Shown: in pieces, positions 51,780-64,000 of the stretch
Position numbering within the stretch: position 1 is the first letter of the stretch
How the letters are laid out: the number at the start of each line of letters is the position of its first letter
DNA from: Vicugna vicugna
Taxonomy: Eukaryota
DNA: 64,000 bases
Direction of reading: 5' to 3'
Assembly: GCA_013265495.1 (NCBI GenBank)
Contig: MU057521.1
Location: 682,001 to 746,000 of the forward strand
Position numbers and translations under genes: made by a program
Notes under the pieces: model-generated
What the model was told of the DNA's origin: nothing
The model's input: the letters and a program-made list of their open reading frames with translations, nothing else
Database searches by the model: none

Positions 51780-53098
51780 TTTTCTCAACTCCCACCCACT
51801 TCTCAACCCAGTTATCTGGCCACTTGGTACTGTGTTGTCCCCACTCTGCCTTGAAGTTGTGTTTTCAGCAGTCCTAAGGACCTCTCCACCACCAAATCTG
51901 ATGGTTTCACTTTATGGACAGTGCCTTTGGACACTGCCCAGTCCCCTCTTCTTGACTCACATTCTTCTCTCAGCTTCATGACCTTCATAATTCCATTTTT
52001 CCTCCTTCCTTCTCAGCCTCTTTGCCAGTCCTCTCTCTCACCCTGACCCAACCATTTGGTGGTCTTGTAAGGATAGATTTGCCATCCCTCCAGTTTTAAA
52101 CCCCACCCCTAAATCAACGAATCCAAAACCTCCATCTCTGGCTCAGATCATTTGTCTGAACTTCAGACTTACAAACCCTACCACTCCACATTTATGACTC
52201 AGAGGTCTCCCAAATGTGGCATATCCAGCAAAGAATTCTCCTTTTCTCTTCCAAACCACATCTGCCCTAGGTCTTCCCAATGTTAGTCAGCATTGCTATC
52301 GCCCAGTTCCTAAAACCAGAGACCTGGTGATCATTCTTCCCTTTCTCTTACTCCCACTACATTCTCTCCACCCGCAAACTCTGCTAGTCCTATGGCAAAA
52401 GAAATCCCGAATCCTTCATTCCTCTCATCTCCACTTCCACTGTTCTCTCTCACCTGTGCAAATACCTAGACTCCCAATCAATCTCAACACGTCTACCCAC
52501 CCTTCCTTCCAACCCATTTTCCACACATGATCTTTTTAAATGTGAGTCAGATCATATCACTCGGCTAACATCTTTGATGTCTTCCCATTGTCCTTTGAAT
52601 CATCCAGATTCTTCTCCACCACTTACAAGGCCATTCCTCTCTGACTCGATCCTCCTCCTGGACTCCCGCCACGTCGCATGCTACTCTTTCTTGCCCTCGC
52701 TCTCATGCTCCAGGGACACGGCCTTCTGTCAGCTCCTACAACTTGCCAAGCTTTGCCTTATTGCTCCCCCATCATGAGATGCTCTTTCCCGGCTTCTCTC
52801 ATGGTTGGCTCCTCTTCATCCTTTAGGACTCACTTTGAATCTAAGTCTTCCTTGACCATACGCCCCTCTGTTATTCTCTCACACTACCATTACTTTTTTT
52901 TCACAGCTCTAGTCACAACCTAGATTATCTAATTTATTTGTTTACTTATATACAAATATATTTGTTTGTGTATTGTCTGAAGCCCTAGACTAGACCGTGA
53001 GTTCAATGAGGACAAGGACGTTGCTCTCATTTTATCTACAAGGCCCAACACAGCACCTGTTACATAGACAGTGCTCAAAAAGATATTTAGTAAATGAC
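51780..53098 (+). mobile_element. L2 LINE (ORF2 remnant through 3' end)
   Basis: Pyrimidine-rich L2 text ending ctagactagaccgtgagttcaatgaggacaagga...cacagcacctgttacatagacagtgctcaaaaagatatttagtaaatga. Confidence 0.8.
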
Positions 53099-54119
53099 TA
53101 CCTCATGGTGGAGTAAGGATTAAGTAAGCTAACACATGTAAAGTGCTTTAGCACAGCACGTGGTCCAGAGTAAGATCTTAATCATCGTTACCCTGTAGCA
53201 GTAGTGGCAGCGATAGTACAGGGAGTTCACTATGGGAATTCAGCAGCTCAGTAATGCATACCTAATGCACCTGCAAATCTCTTGGCCTCAAAACCTATGA
53301 CTCTTCTGTGACTTCTACTTTTCCTTCTCTTCTTCCTTCATGCACAACCAGTCTCTACATCCTGTCAATATCTCTTTGCCAGTTTCTCAGATTCACCTCA
53401 TGCTCTCCAGGCTGTAACTACTGTGGTCCTTCTGTTCTTCATGATTAGATTAACCAAGCAGGCACCGTAGGGAGAATCTTCCCAGCTCTCCCCCTGGGAC
53501 TCAGGACATTTATCTCCTTGAAGTACCCTTTCCATCATGTCACTCCTTTGATTAAGAAAGCACTGCAGTTCTCCAGTGCTTATCAGAGCTCTTAGCATAT
53601 AGTTGAAGGACTTCCAGAAAGAAAATGAGTCCTCCTCCTTTATCCAACCCTCCCCTAGGATTTCTCAAATCTTGCCCTCATCTCAGTCAAGCTGGGTCTC
53701 CTTATGGCCCTGATACAACATACCACATTTGTCCCTACCCCAGATCAGTGCCCTTGCTACCACCATGCCCAGGACACACTGTCACCTCCTCTCTGTTCAA
53801 TCACATTCAAATTTCTTAGGGATCCAGCTTAAAGGCATTTCCATCATGAAAACATCTTCCATCTATTCAGAATTCTGAAGATTTCTAGCAACTCGATATC
53901 TGTAAAACATTTCTTCCAACTAGAAACATAGCTACTGCTAAAATAAATTTAACAAAATACTTTTGTATTCAATAATTGCTTTGTGTATGTACAATTTAGA
54001 GCCCTCTTCCTTTCTCTCAAGGGTAGAAACTGAGATCTCATCCCTGGCTTTCCCTACATTTCCCTAACACTTAGTACCCAGCACAGAATTGGACATACAA
54101 AAATGCAGAAAGACAAGAG

Positions 54120-54330
54120 TACCTAATATTCTTCTGGGCTACCACAGTACTATGTGTCAGTCACATTCACATAGAGCAGATCATTTAATCATCAGAACAG
54201 TGCTATGGGGTAAGTACACTTTTAGATAATCAGTGTAGGGAATAAGACTCAAGGAGGTTATGTTCATTGCTCAAAGTTACACAGAAGTTAACAGGAAATC
54301 TCACACCAAAGCCACGGGCTTTCCTTTATG
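54120..54330 (-). mobile_element. MIR fragment
   Basis: tcatttaatcatcagaacag...aagactcaaggaggttatgttcattgctcaaagttacacag. Confidence 0.6.
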
Positions 54331-55317
54331 TTGCCCTGCATATGGCTATGACTTCAGATCTAGCCCTGAGAGATACACAGAATAGTTAATGGTGTTAGGG
54401 TGGGTGTCATCCTGTCCAAGCAACACTCCAGCAAACAGTGTAAGCTTTTACCCTGGATTGGGTATGTCACCTCCACATGAAGAAGATAATTAGATATTCA
54501 CTTATGCAGTCACTCTTCCTCTTTACTTTCTTTTGAAAGAGAATCCATCCACCTTACATTTACATTTCCTCTCCCTGAGGGGCATTCAGCTTGTCACCTG
54601 GAGCTCTGCAAGATGTCTGTTTAGAGAGCTGGCCTGAGTATTTGCTTATTTCAGAAAGGAGTATGGCAACAATTATCAGCTGTAATTGGTATCGCCTTAT
54701 AAAATCCACACTGGGCTTCCAGGGACGAGGCAGTGTCAAGGTAAAGCTAGATTATATTGACATATGCAAAGAGGGCGATGCAGAGAGCTTGTGCTTGTGC
54801 ACGAATCTGTGGTCCCAAGTCACGCTGAGGTTAACAACTACACGGAAGCTGTCTAACCACAAATTTTAAACACTAACTGCATTCCTGGAATTATACGAGG
54901 CCCTGTGAAAGATGGCCAAAGGAATGAAAGTCACCCTTGAGCTTAACATTTTTCATAATCTTCATGCACTTCCCATCATTCACTACTCCTTTACTGAAAA
55001 CCTCACAGACCAAAGAGTTGTTAGGACAAGCAGGATATCCACCCATCTTATTCTGTCTACAACAACAAAACTGTTTTCCCAAGATGTACATAACTGTGTG
55101 TGCCAACTCCAGTCCAGAAACTCCTTACCTTCCTCTGAAGCCCTGGTGCTCAGTCAATGTTAGCTGAATTAAATATGGATAAACATAAAGCATACTTTTA
55201 TTGCAGGGCTAATTTGCTGAGTGATGTGGAGAAAAGCTGTTAATATCTCTTCTTTGCAATTTTTGCAACCAAATGTGTATTCTATGGCTGGTAAGCCCTA
55301 ATATTACATGCACGTTA

Positions 55318-55895
55318 CGGTGCTGGTTACTAAGCTAGTGTCTCTCAGCTCTATAATCCACTTTGCGATGTGGGGCTGGGACACTGCAAACCACAATTTC
55401 TCCTTTTCCAACCAGCTCCTGTTGGGTTCTGACAGTAGAATGTACTAGAAGGAGAACCAGAGGGAGGAGGCAATTGATGCCAGTTTCTGGATTCTTTGCA
55501 CACTTGCAGCACCAACCTCATCACACCTGCTGAGAAATGTCAGCACTGATGGATGGCACCCCCTTCACAGAAGTCCGAGTCTCAGTTCTATGGGAGGGGG
55601 TGCTGGGGGCACCTCCTCTAAACTCCTGAAGCCCCAGCCCCAGGGTGAAGGACTCCCTTCTCAGAGGTCTCCCTCCGGCCCAGCCTCCTCCAAACATCTA
55701 GATCCTCAGAGCCCTAACTTCTGCCCTCTGCTCCCCCAGGCCCCCAGACAGAGGGGCACTAGCTGTTTCCTGGAGTTACTATCTTTCCAATGACACCTCA
55801 ATGTTCCCTTTTTCCCTTTCAATCCTTCACTGTAAAGTCTCTCTGCTAAAATAGCTGATGTAGATTTTGTTCCCTGACTGGACCCTGAACTGATA
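55318..55895 (+). mobile_element. ERVL-class solo LTR (LTR41/LTR33-like)
   Basis: tgctggttactaagctagtgtctctcagctc...gatgtggggctgggacactgcaaaccaca ... aaaatagctgatgtagattttgttccctgactggaccctgaactgata(ca). Confidence 0.7.
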
Positions 55896-56139
55896 CAATT
55901 ACCCCTTGAACAACGTAGGGGTTGGGGCACTGACCCTTGGTACCATGCGAAATCCACGTATAACTTCAAAGACAGCCCTCCGTCCATACCCACGATTCCT
56001 CCATGCTCACAGTTACTCTGTACCTGTGGTTCTGCATCCAGAGAGTCACCCGTAGTACTGTTTGTAGTATTCGCTACTGAAAAAATACACATGTAAGTGC
56101 ACGCTTGCAGTTTAAATCCACGTAGTTCAAGGGTCAATG
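55896..56139. mobile_element. Tigger2-derived MITE (MER8/Tigger2a-like)
   Basis: TIRs caattaccccttgaacaacgt ... acgtagttcaagggtcaatg; preceded by TA; 244 bp. Confidence 0.8.
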
Positions 56140-56862
56140 ATGTATTTCTCAGAAATCAGTTCCGTGTAAGCAGATCCTGGCCCTTTTCATAGCTGGTGCT
56201 CTTTCTGTTCATACGAAGCCCCTCCTGCTTCTCTGTGGATGTCCTCTCACTCCCCCTGCCCCTTTCTTGCTCACAGGCACACATACACAGAGTCTACCTG
56301 AAAGATGCTTGCTAACTCTTTCAAGACAACAGTAACATGATTTCACTAAAAAGCTTTAACCCTAATACTACACCCTACACCATTCATTCAATAAAATTTT
56401 TTTGAGCATTTGCTACACATGAGGACCCACACTAAGATCAAAGTCACATGGCTCCTGACTTCAAGGAACTCACAAGCTAGAGAGTTCCTCAAATGCTTCT
56501 CCCAGTACAGACAAAAACAAAATACAGCCCAGACTCCATTGACATCAGCTAGCCAGGTTGTTCCTGAGGAAATGGAAACACTGCCACAGCAGCAACGCTC
56601 TCTAGCCTTCTGCTACTTATTAAGTACTTGCCATGGGCAGAGCACTTAAACTTGACCCATGATGATCACAAGGATGCTTACCTTTTTTTAGGATTCATAG
56701 GACAAAACTTTTTAAATGACAAATAGAACACCTCAAAACAACCCTGGGTACTTTCTTTAATGTCATCTTGTATTCTTTCTTTTTCCCCTGGATAATCTGC
56801 CATGCCCTAAATTAGCCTATGTATTCTAAGTGAAAGTTCTATGCCACATGCCTTAAAATTAC

Positions 56863-56921
56863 ATATACTTATATATATATTTATATGTATGCATATATAT
56901 GTAAACACACGTAAGTATATA
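56863..56921. repeat. Degenerate (TA)n low-complexity repeat
   Basis: atatacttatatatatatttatatgtatgcatatatatgtaaacacacgtaagtatata. Confidence 0.7.
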
Positions 56922-57599
56922 CTTTTTTAATATAAAAAACCTTTAGATCCCTGTCCTCCTCCTCTCAATTCCATTCTCCTGCCCGGGAAAACAGTTCCAG
57001 ATGGAATGGATTTTAATTTCTTTGTGCCCAGGTCCAAATAAAACGGCTTTCTATTCCACATAATAAGAGCTGGGCACCTCTGCTTTTTTGGCTGCTTAAA
57101 TAGATTTGGATTGTGAAAAAAATAATACTGTGTATGGAATAAGGAAATGTGAGAACTTTATATTCCAAATAGAACTCTTTAAGTAGAAAAAAAAATCCAC
57201 AGATTTTTTTTTTGTCAATTTTGTTCTCATTTTCCTTCTCTAGATAAGACACAGCTGAATTCCTCCAGGCAGCAGAATCGCTGCCTGTGTGATTTGACCG
57301 TGAGTCAACTGAAGATTAGCTCAAAGCCGGCCACAACCTCCAAACCCATCCTTGTCTGAGGATGTTCTGAATACACTTTGAGGTGTCTTCTTAGTGTCCG
57401 TGCCATTTAATCCTCAGACTAACACTGTCCCAGCAATGCTTCAGGCAGCCTTCTCCAGCTTTTACCAGTGGGCTACGTTTAACAAAAAGGCCAACAGGTT
57501 GTTTCTGCCATCTCTGCTGCACTCCTGGGGATCTGAAGGGAGTGGAGTAGAGCTGGGCATATTAATGCCCTGTTCTCTATGCACGTACATTATCAACAT

Positions 57600-57830
57600 A
57601 ATGGGCCCCATTTACAGCACTCCTATTATGGGAAAGACACTGTGCTAGGTGTTTTACATATATTAATTTCTAATGATCCCAACAACCCTTCCAAGTAAGA
57701 ATTAATATTGTTCTCTACATTTATAATATGAGGAACTTGAGAGTTATAAACATTAAATAATTTGTCAAGGGCACTCAATTTATAACTGACATGGATCATG
57801 TTCAGACCAGATGCATTTGCCTCTGTGGCG
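57600..57830 (-). mobile_element. MIR
   Basis: cactgtgctaggtgttttacatatattaatttctaatgatcccaacaaccctt...cattttataatatgaggaacttgag. Confidence 0.75.
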
Positions 57831-58852
57831 TAAACCTAACACCTGTTGTCTGTTTTATAAACTAAATCTCACGGACTCTATCACTGAACTATGCAAAGTG
57901 CTAACCCCAGCAACAGTTAGAAGTGGCTAAGTGTGACTAATTTTTTGTTGCCCCCATAGAGCAAGACTGTTATAAGAGAGCACAGAATTCCAAGGTTCAC
58001 CTATATACACTGTCTATAATTAGAGATGGAGGAGTTTATTTCTAGGCTTAATATGAAAAAAGTACCCCGGGAGTCGTTTTGACAGTCATTACAAAGTGAT
58101 CCGAGACGAAACATAGTTGAAAGGCAGATAAAACCATGTTCCTAACATAACAACCATCCACATACAGATTTGAGTGATTCAATTAAGAGGCCAGGAACTG
58201 GGCCTACCAAAAGGAGAGATACAGTGATGCAAAGAACAATAACCAGCAGTAAAATTCCATTTTGATACCTGAAACATAAGCAAACGTAGTCCTACTGAAT
58301 GAAACTATGGACTTGAGAGAATTTCAAGAGACCCCAGAAGTCACTGAGCATTTCCAGTACAGTGGCTGCAGCCTATTTATTAACAATTTCATCAGCTGCT
58401 TAGCCAACTTGAATTGTCATAAAGTTTTCGCAATTCCAAAACTTAATTTATATGAACACTTTTTAAATTTTAAAATATATAGGCCTGTCCTTTTTTATTT
58501 ACTTAAATGGAAATGCTGGATTTCTCCTTGTTAGACTTGCTCCTGTTGTCACCTTGGGACTCACACCTTCCAGGTACACGTCTCAGGGAGAGTTACTTAA
58601 AAAATAGTACTAAGCTCAGGATAGTGAATGTGATGTGGAGAAACTTCATTTATTCATCAACCTATATTTGTTGTTTGATGCAACCATGTTCAATGCATAT
58701 TAGTTCTTTTTAGGCAGACAATTTAAGTATTTGAGTGAAAAAAAATCTTCCTGTTTCAAAAGAGATCATAAATGTGGACCATACTAAAAACTAATTTATT
58801 TATGACACCTGTTTGTGTCCATAAATGAGGTGTTGGTGCTTTTTTCCCCCAG

Positions 58853-59147
58853 CTTCATTCAGACATGGACAGGGGGGATGGATCCATCAAATACATCCTC
58901 TCAGGAGAAGGCGCAGGCATCGTGTTTACCATCGACGACACCACGGGAGACATCCACGCCATCCAGAGGCTTGACCGAGAGGAAAGGGCCCAGTACACTT
59001 TAAGGGCTCAAGCCCTGGACAGGCGGACAGGCCGACCGATGGAGCCAGAGTCAGAGTTCATCATTAAAATCCAAGATATCAATGACAACGAGCCCAAGTT
59101 CCCAGATGGACCTTATGTCGCCACTGTGCCAGAGATGTCGCCAGTGG
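58853..59147 (+). CDS. CDH20: Cadherin-20 coding exon (295 nt; rest of EC1, EC1-EC2 linker)
   Basis: Acceptor tttttcccccag|[25 protein letters not shown]...LDREERAQY...[26 protein letters not shown](G). LDRE and DxNDN calcium motifs present. Donor G|gtaagg, phase 1. Confidence 0.97.
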
Positions 59148-59390
59148 GTAAGGTGGAGATTCTCTGATTCTCATAGACAACGGTTCCTCTATACAAGTTC
59201 TTCTTGTCTAAACGTGGAGAAGGAGAGAGTGTGCAGAACAGTTCACAAGTTACAAAACTGTACCAAAAATGGCAACCAAGTCCTTAGGCAGGAAGCTACT
59301 TAGACACTGAAATCAGCCACAGTACAAAATAATAGTAATAATAACCTAGGATTGTTATTCAGTTCTGGTTCTTAAAAAGCAAAAGAAAAT

Positions 59391-59442
59391 ATAGATGATA
59401 GGTATGTAGGTAGGTAGGTAGGTAGACACACAGACAGACAGG
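59391..59442. repeat. (GGTA)n/(GACA)n compound tetranucleotide repeat in intron
   Basis: tagatgataggtatgtaggtaggtaggtaggtagacacacagacagacagg. Confidence 0.8.
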
Positions 59443-59728
59443 CAATGTTTGATTCATAAGGGAGAAGCATTTCGGTATTATCAAAAGAGGAATGAAGGGC
59501 CTAAAGGCTGTGTTGTCCCTACCGGTTATTAAGAATTTAAAACACAAATAACTCCCAGCCCAACTAAAGAGGTATTTTTGTACTCAGCAGTTACAGAAAC
59601 TTGACCTAGAAAGAGGCCCCAAGGAAGCAGACATAACATCTGCAAATGTTTTAAAGTTGCCCATTTGGGATTGCATCCAGTCTTTAGTCATTCAACTTAA
59701 ACAGGCTTCCACCATCTCTCTTCTTCAG

Positions 59729-59848
59729 GGACTTCTGTTATCCAGGTGACAGCCACAGATGCTGATGACCCAACCTATGGGAACAGTGCCCGGGTGGTGT
59801 ACAGCATCCTCCAGGGCCAGCCATATTTTTCTGTGGACTCCAAAACAG
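59729..59848 (+). CDS. CDH20: Cadherin-20 coding exon (120 nt; EC2), absent from the ORF track
   Basis: Acceptor ctctcttcttcag|GG; (G)[39 protein letters not shown](G) with the AxDxDD motif. Donor CAG|gtatgt, phase 1-1. Confidence 0.97.
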
Positions 59849-60204
59849 GTATGTGATGTTCACAGTCAGGTCAGAGCTGTTTGTTTCATTCTCTAATAAT
59901 CTGTAACTACTATTTATGACAGACCCAACTCTCCTTTTTAAGAACTCTTCAGGGAGTGTACTAACTAGAGAAGATTGTTCTAAACTTTGGGATTAAGAGA
60001 ACAAACCAGCACTGCCCTGTGGGTAAGAGCAGCATGATGCATAGACAGTGTACAGGGTCTGACTGGAGACGCCAAAAGAACTGCCTTCACAAAAGTACCT
60101 CCTCACTAGCCTTCAAAAAATTCTATGGTTGTATTTATTCCCAGGGAGAAAAGTCTTTTGCAATTCCAAGATCTAAGAGGATTGGCATTTAACCTGGGCT
60201 TAGT

Positions 60205-60325
60205 ATAGAACTAGAATCACTGATTTTGAAACTAGAAAGAGCCTTAGAGGAATCATCCAGTCCATCGCCATTCACTTAACAGATAAGGAAATTGGGAACT
60301 GAGACCTAACAAAGTGCTTCTGGTT
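60205..60325 (-). mobile_element. MIR3/MIR fragment
   Basis: gattttgaaactagaaagagccttagaggaatcatccagtcca...acttaacagataaggaaattgggaactgaga. Confidence 0.65.
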
Positions 60326-62328
60326 GTAGGTAAGTCCTCTGACGTGCGTTCAGACGTGCTTAGCACTGAACCACCCTGTACTGAGCAGAGAGGAAGGCCA
60401 GAATGAATGGACACTGGGACAGACAGGTTTCGATGAGAGAAGAGAGCACAGAGCATGGGATGTGGCCCCAGAAAAGGAGGTGCTAAGTGAGATGTTCTCA
60501 CAGGGAGGACAGCTTAGAGTTGGGTGGGTAAGGAACAATGTGCTAGGAAAGGACAAATCAACAGACAAGCAACACACCAATTTGGTTTTGGGGGTTTTGT
60601 CTTGTTTGGTCTTGTTTTCAGTTTTACCTGAGAGCTTTGACTACAGAATTTCTGTTTTATCTATGAAGGACTCCCTTTAATACTTCTGACTTGGGGAGAG
60701 CAATTATATCATTATCTTGTACTTGTGCCAGAATTTCTCCCCTTTAAAACGCTTTCATAAATATTACCACATGTGAGCCTCCCAATAATCTTGTGAACTC
60801 GTGCGATATATGGAAGTGTTGTCATCCACATTTTACATAAATTGAGGACCTAAGAGTAATTAACAAAAAACTTGAGTAAAGAAACTTACAAACACAGAGG
60901 TAAAGTCAATGACGAACACTCAAAGTCACTACTTTATATGAAGTAGAAAAAAACACATTTCTATTAGCAACCTGATATAATTTTTTTCAGAAGTCCTCAG
61001 GGAAACCAGGCATTCAGAAAATTGTATCATAAAAGTAGGAAGTGAGGGCGTATAAATTAGTAGGAGGCAAGAAAAAAGATTGCAGTTAGGGACTTCCATA
61101 AAACAGTAACTTTAACAATTCTACAAACAGAGGGAGGGAAAGTGAGGGGGTGCCCACAGGGAGGAAAAATATAGACAGGAAGAGGGTAGTGTGTCCTTTA
61201 CATCCTAAGAGGAACCCTACATTATTTTGACAGCTCCCACAGGGCATCTATAGTGTTAAGGTCAAAAATACATGAAAAGATAGTTATTGCCATGCCCATA
61301 GGGTATTTAAAAAAAGAAAATGCTGCATATTTCACTTTAGAATGTTGTTACTATAACGCAAAATATACCTTACAGGACTAAAATGGAGACAGGTTTGTGG
61401 TCCCAATTCCTCCCCTTGGCATACAAAAAGTCTATTTAGCCAAGGGTCATGTTATAAACTTGCAATAAACAAGCCTTTAATCTTTGCCTAGAGAGTACAG
61501 AAGTCAACTTTTCTAAGCGGAAAGGTTAAAAGGGAAATAAAACAGTCCCGCACATCTTTGGCAGGATCAAAACAACACATTTCACAGGATTTTGATTTAG
61601 ACCCTTCTTCTTAAATGAAACCATATCATCACACTGAAACGCTGCTACCTAACTGTCTGGGGAAGTTCATCTCGTGCGTGTGTTAAAAATAAACAACTCA
61701 CAGAGCTTCTTTCACGTCTTAGCTCGTGGAATGCGGTGAAGCACAGAGGTAAGCAGAACCTAATAAAACAGAATGGACACATAACAAAAGGAAAATCAAA
61801 TCAGAATTCCAACGCTGCTTACAGGTACCAGGGAGGCAGGAGAAGGCAGACTAGGAGTGAGTTGCCTAAAGAAGAGCCATTCCCACTGCAAGGGCTCCAA
61901 GGGCTGAAGAAAGAAAGAGCTGAAGGAGAGTAATCTCACATCACAGATTTGCAGACTTATGAGGCTTTGTTTTCTGGCCCCAAAGCCCCAGTTTTCTTCG
62001 GTGAGACAGAGCAGCCTGAAATCGCCTCGGACTGCCATTCCCTCGTCTGTCCGAGAACCACTGCTGCCACCTCCTGTTCCTGCTCAGGAATGCTGCCGGA
62101 GGAAATCGGCCCACTAGGCTCTCTTCCTGCTGAAATAGCATTTATTCACCCTTTATTTAAGCACAGCACTTTCTAGAAACTGGTATTCTGACCTCAAATT
62201 TAATAAAACAGGTGACTTGCATCTCACATCAAGGCATTAACAGGGCACCAGGGAAAAGTTTACAACCCAGACTTAAAAACTGGACTTGTGGTTTTGTTTT
62301 TAAAAACAAAGTCATTTGTATCCTGCAG

Positions 62329-62496
62329 GTGTAATTAGGACAGCACTCATGAATATGGACCGAGAAGCCAAAGAATACTATGAAGTGATTATCCAAGCCA
62401 AGGACATGGGAGGGCAGCTTGGAGGATTAGCTGGGACCACAACGGTCAACATCACGCTCTCGGATGTCAATGATAACCCGCCCCGCTTTCCCCAGA
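62329..62496 (+). CDS. CDH20: Cadherin-20 coding exon (168 nt; end of EC2, EC2-EC3 linker)
   Basis: Acceptor tttgtatcctgcag|GT; (G)[59 protein letters not shown] and DVNDN motifs, NIT sequon. Donor AGA|gtgagt, phase 1. Gene continues past the window. Confidence 0.97.
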
Positions 62497-62984
62497 GTGA
62501 GTACCTAAGCAGTGAGAGTACAGACCTCAGGCCAGAGGGACGCACCTGTGACAGAGGTGAACGACAAAGGCCAGTCTGAGTTCCTCTTTGAGTTCAACTA
62601 TGCATGGATTCCTTCCCAACATTTATCATGCAATTCTCACATAACCATTTCCCTTGTAGGCCCCAACTCCCCACAGCACTCCACCAGTGTTCCTCACTTT
62701 TTTCACTATCACCTCCCTATGGAGCCTTTTTAGACCTTTTTTTCTTGATTGTCATGCCCTACTCTGCCACCTCATAAAATTAAATATTAAGGAATAAGGT
62801 TTTGTTGGCTAGGGGTGAAATTTAGAGAGCCAGAAATCACTGTAACGTCTAAGATTTTTTTTCATCTCTTTCCTAACATGAATCCTTTTTGCCCCCAAGG
62901 ATGCAATACTGCCCTTGTTGAGAATGCATGGGGAGAAACTAAGCCAAAACTACAGGTGGACACAGTGACCCAACTGACCACCTT

Positions 62985-64000
62985 AACCAATCAATTCACA
63001 AGCAGGTACCGAGTGCCTGCTTTGCAAGGGCCCTGGGCATGAGGGGCACAAGATGCTTGAAACCCAGTCCCTCCCTCTGTGAAGCTTAAAATCCAAATGG
63101 GGAGAACATACTTGATACTCATCAAAAGTTGACCAAGAAGCAGTATTTGTGTGCCACTTGATTAGTGCAGAGTGAAGCCTTCACAATAAACTAAGATGAA
63201 TGAAGGCTTCATAAAAGAATGAGGGTTCAACAGGGGATTGAAGAATAAAAAGGATTCAAATAGGAAGAAAGAAAACATTTCAGAAAGAGGAAGCCATTCA
63301 TTCATTCAAAAAATACTTGTTTCAGGCAACATTCTAGGCATGGAATATAAAGACCTAGAAACAAAGTTGCAAATGTAATTTTGTCTTCAAAGATCCCTAA
63401 AATGGAGACCTGCTCTTTAGTGTTTCAGATGCATTATATTTCTAATGGAAGTCACTGCAAAGTTTTTGAGTAAGTGAGAGACATACAGGAAGGCTAATTT
63501 GATAACCATGTACAGAACTGGTTGGCAGGGGTGGAAACTAGAAGCAGGAGAGTCCATCAGGAGGCATTTAGAGTGGTCCAGATTTGAACTGATAAGGATG
63601 TAAGGAAATGGCAGAAGGAGTGGAGTTGGCCAATTAACAAAAGAGAGATTTCAGCCTCTTGATTTCTTGGCTAAAGGAACCAAAGCAGAGGGTGGAGTCA
63701 AAGATGACAATGATGTTTTAAGTCTGGGTAACAGGGAGAAGAATTGTACTACTGAGAGAAACAGAGGATGCATAATGGAACTAGTGGCAGGGAAGGAAGA
63801 CGACAAATTCAGGTTTGAAAATAAAGTGACAGCGGGACAATCAGATTGAATGTCCTTAAGGAAGGGAGAATATACAACTATGACTGTGGAATAGAGCCCA
63901 GGAATGGAGATGTGAATTTGAGAAGCAGATGCCTAAAAGAGAGCAGCTGGAGAAGTGACAGCAGCAGACACAGTTCCAAGTGAGACTTAACCAGGGGAAT
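62985..64000 (-). mobile_element. L2 LINE fragments (running off the window end)
   Basis: gaagcaggagagtccatcaggaggc; gagtcaaagatgacaatgatgttttaagtctgggtaac; ggaatggagatgtgaatttgagaagcag. Confidence 0.75.

Noticed and set aside
55706..56137. 143-aa - strand ORF, possible transposase
   Set aside because: It spans a 244-bp MITE and an LTR end, with no DDE/D or HTH motif.
50655..62496. Alternative identity as CDH7, CDH12, CDH19 or another type II cadherin
   Set aside because: The N-terminus MWTSGRMSNAK, YTGTDPLYVGK and [14 protein letters not shown] match recalled CDH20 rather than its paralogues.
1..64000. A novel multi-gene system, CRISPR array, operon or prokaryotic defence locus
   Set aside because: The sequence is intron-rich mammalian DNA. 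There is no repeat-spacer array, no dense ORF cluster and no unexplained long ORF.

Overview
Mammalian (eukaryotic) genomic DNA, not microbial. The window holds the 5' part of the type II classical cadherin gene CDH20 on the + strand. Four coding exons can be read directly (50655-50900, 58853-59147, 59729-59848, 62329-62496). They have canonical GT-AG junctions and splice in frame (246+295+120+168 = 829 nt) to give signal peptide, short prodomain, RTKR cleavage site, EC1 and EC2. The gene continues beyond the window. The start-codon exon begins at a splice acceptor (50507), so the ~50 kb upstream is most likely a long 5'UTR intron. That region is filled with MIR, L2, CR1, old and younger L1, MaLR/ERVL solo LTRs and hAT/Tigger DNA-transposon relics. 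A tRNA-Ala-derived SINE and the L1 3' ends suggest a camelid-like host (inference). Almost all other ORFs in the track are chance ORFs. I found no convincing previously undescribed biological system. The best second-look items are a Pro at a normally Leu position after the EC1-EC2 calcium linker, a perfect 76-bp tandem duplication, a perfect NRF1 palindrome in a Z-DNA-prone run, a palindrome over a weak splice acceptor, and several insertions with intact target-site duplications. Repeat family names come from recalled consensus sequences and their boundaries are approximate.
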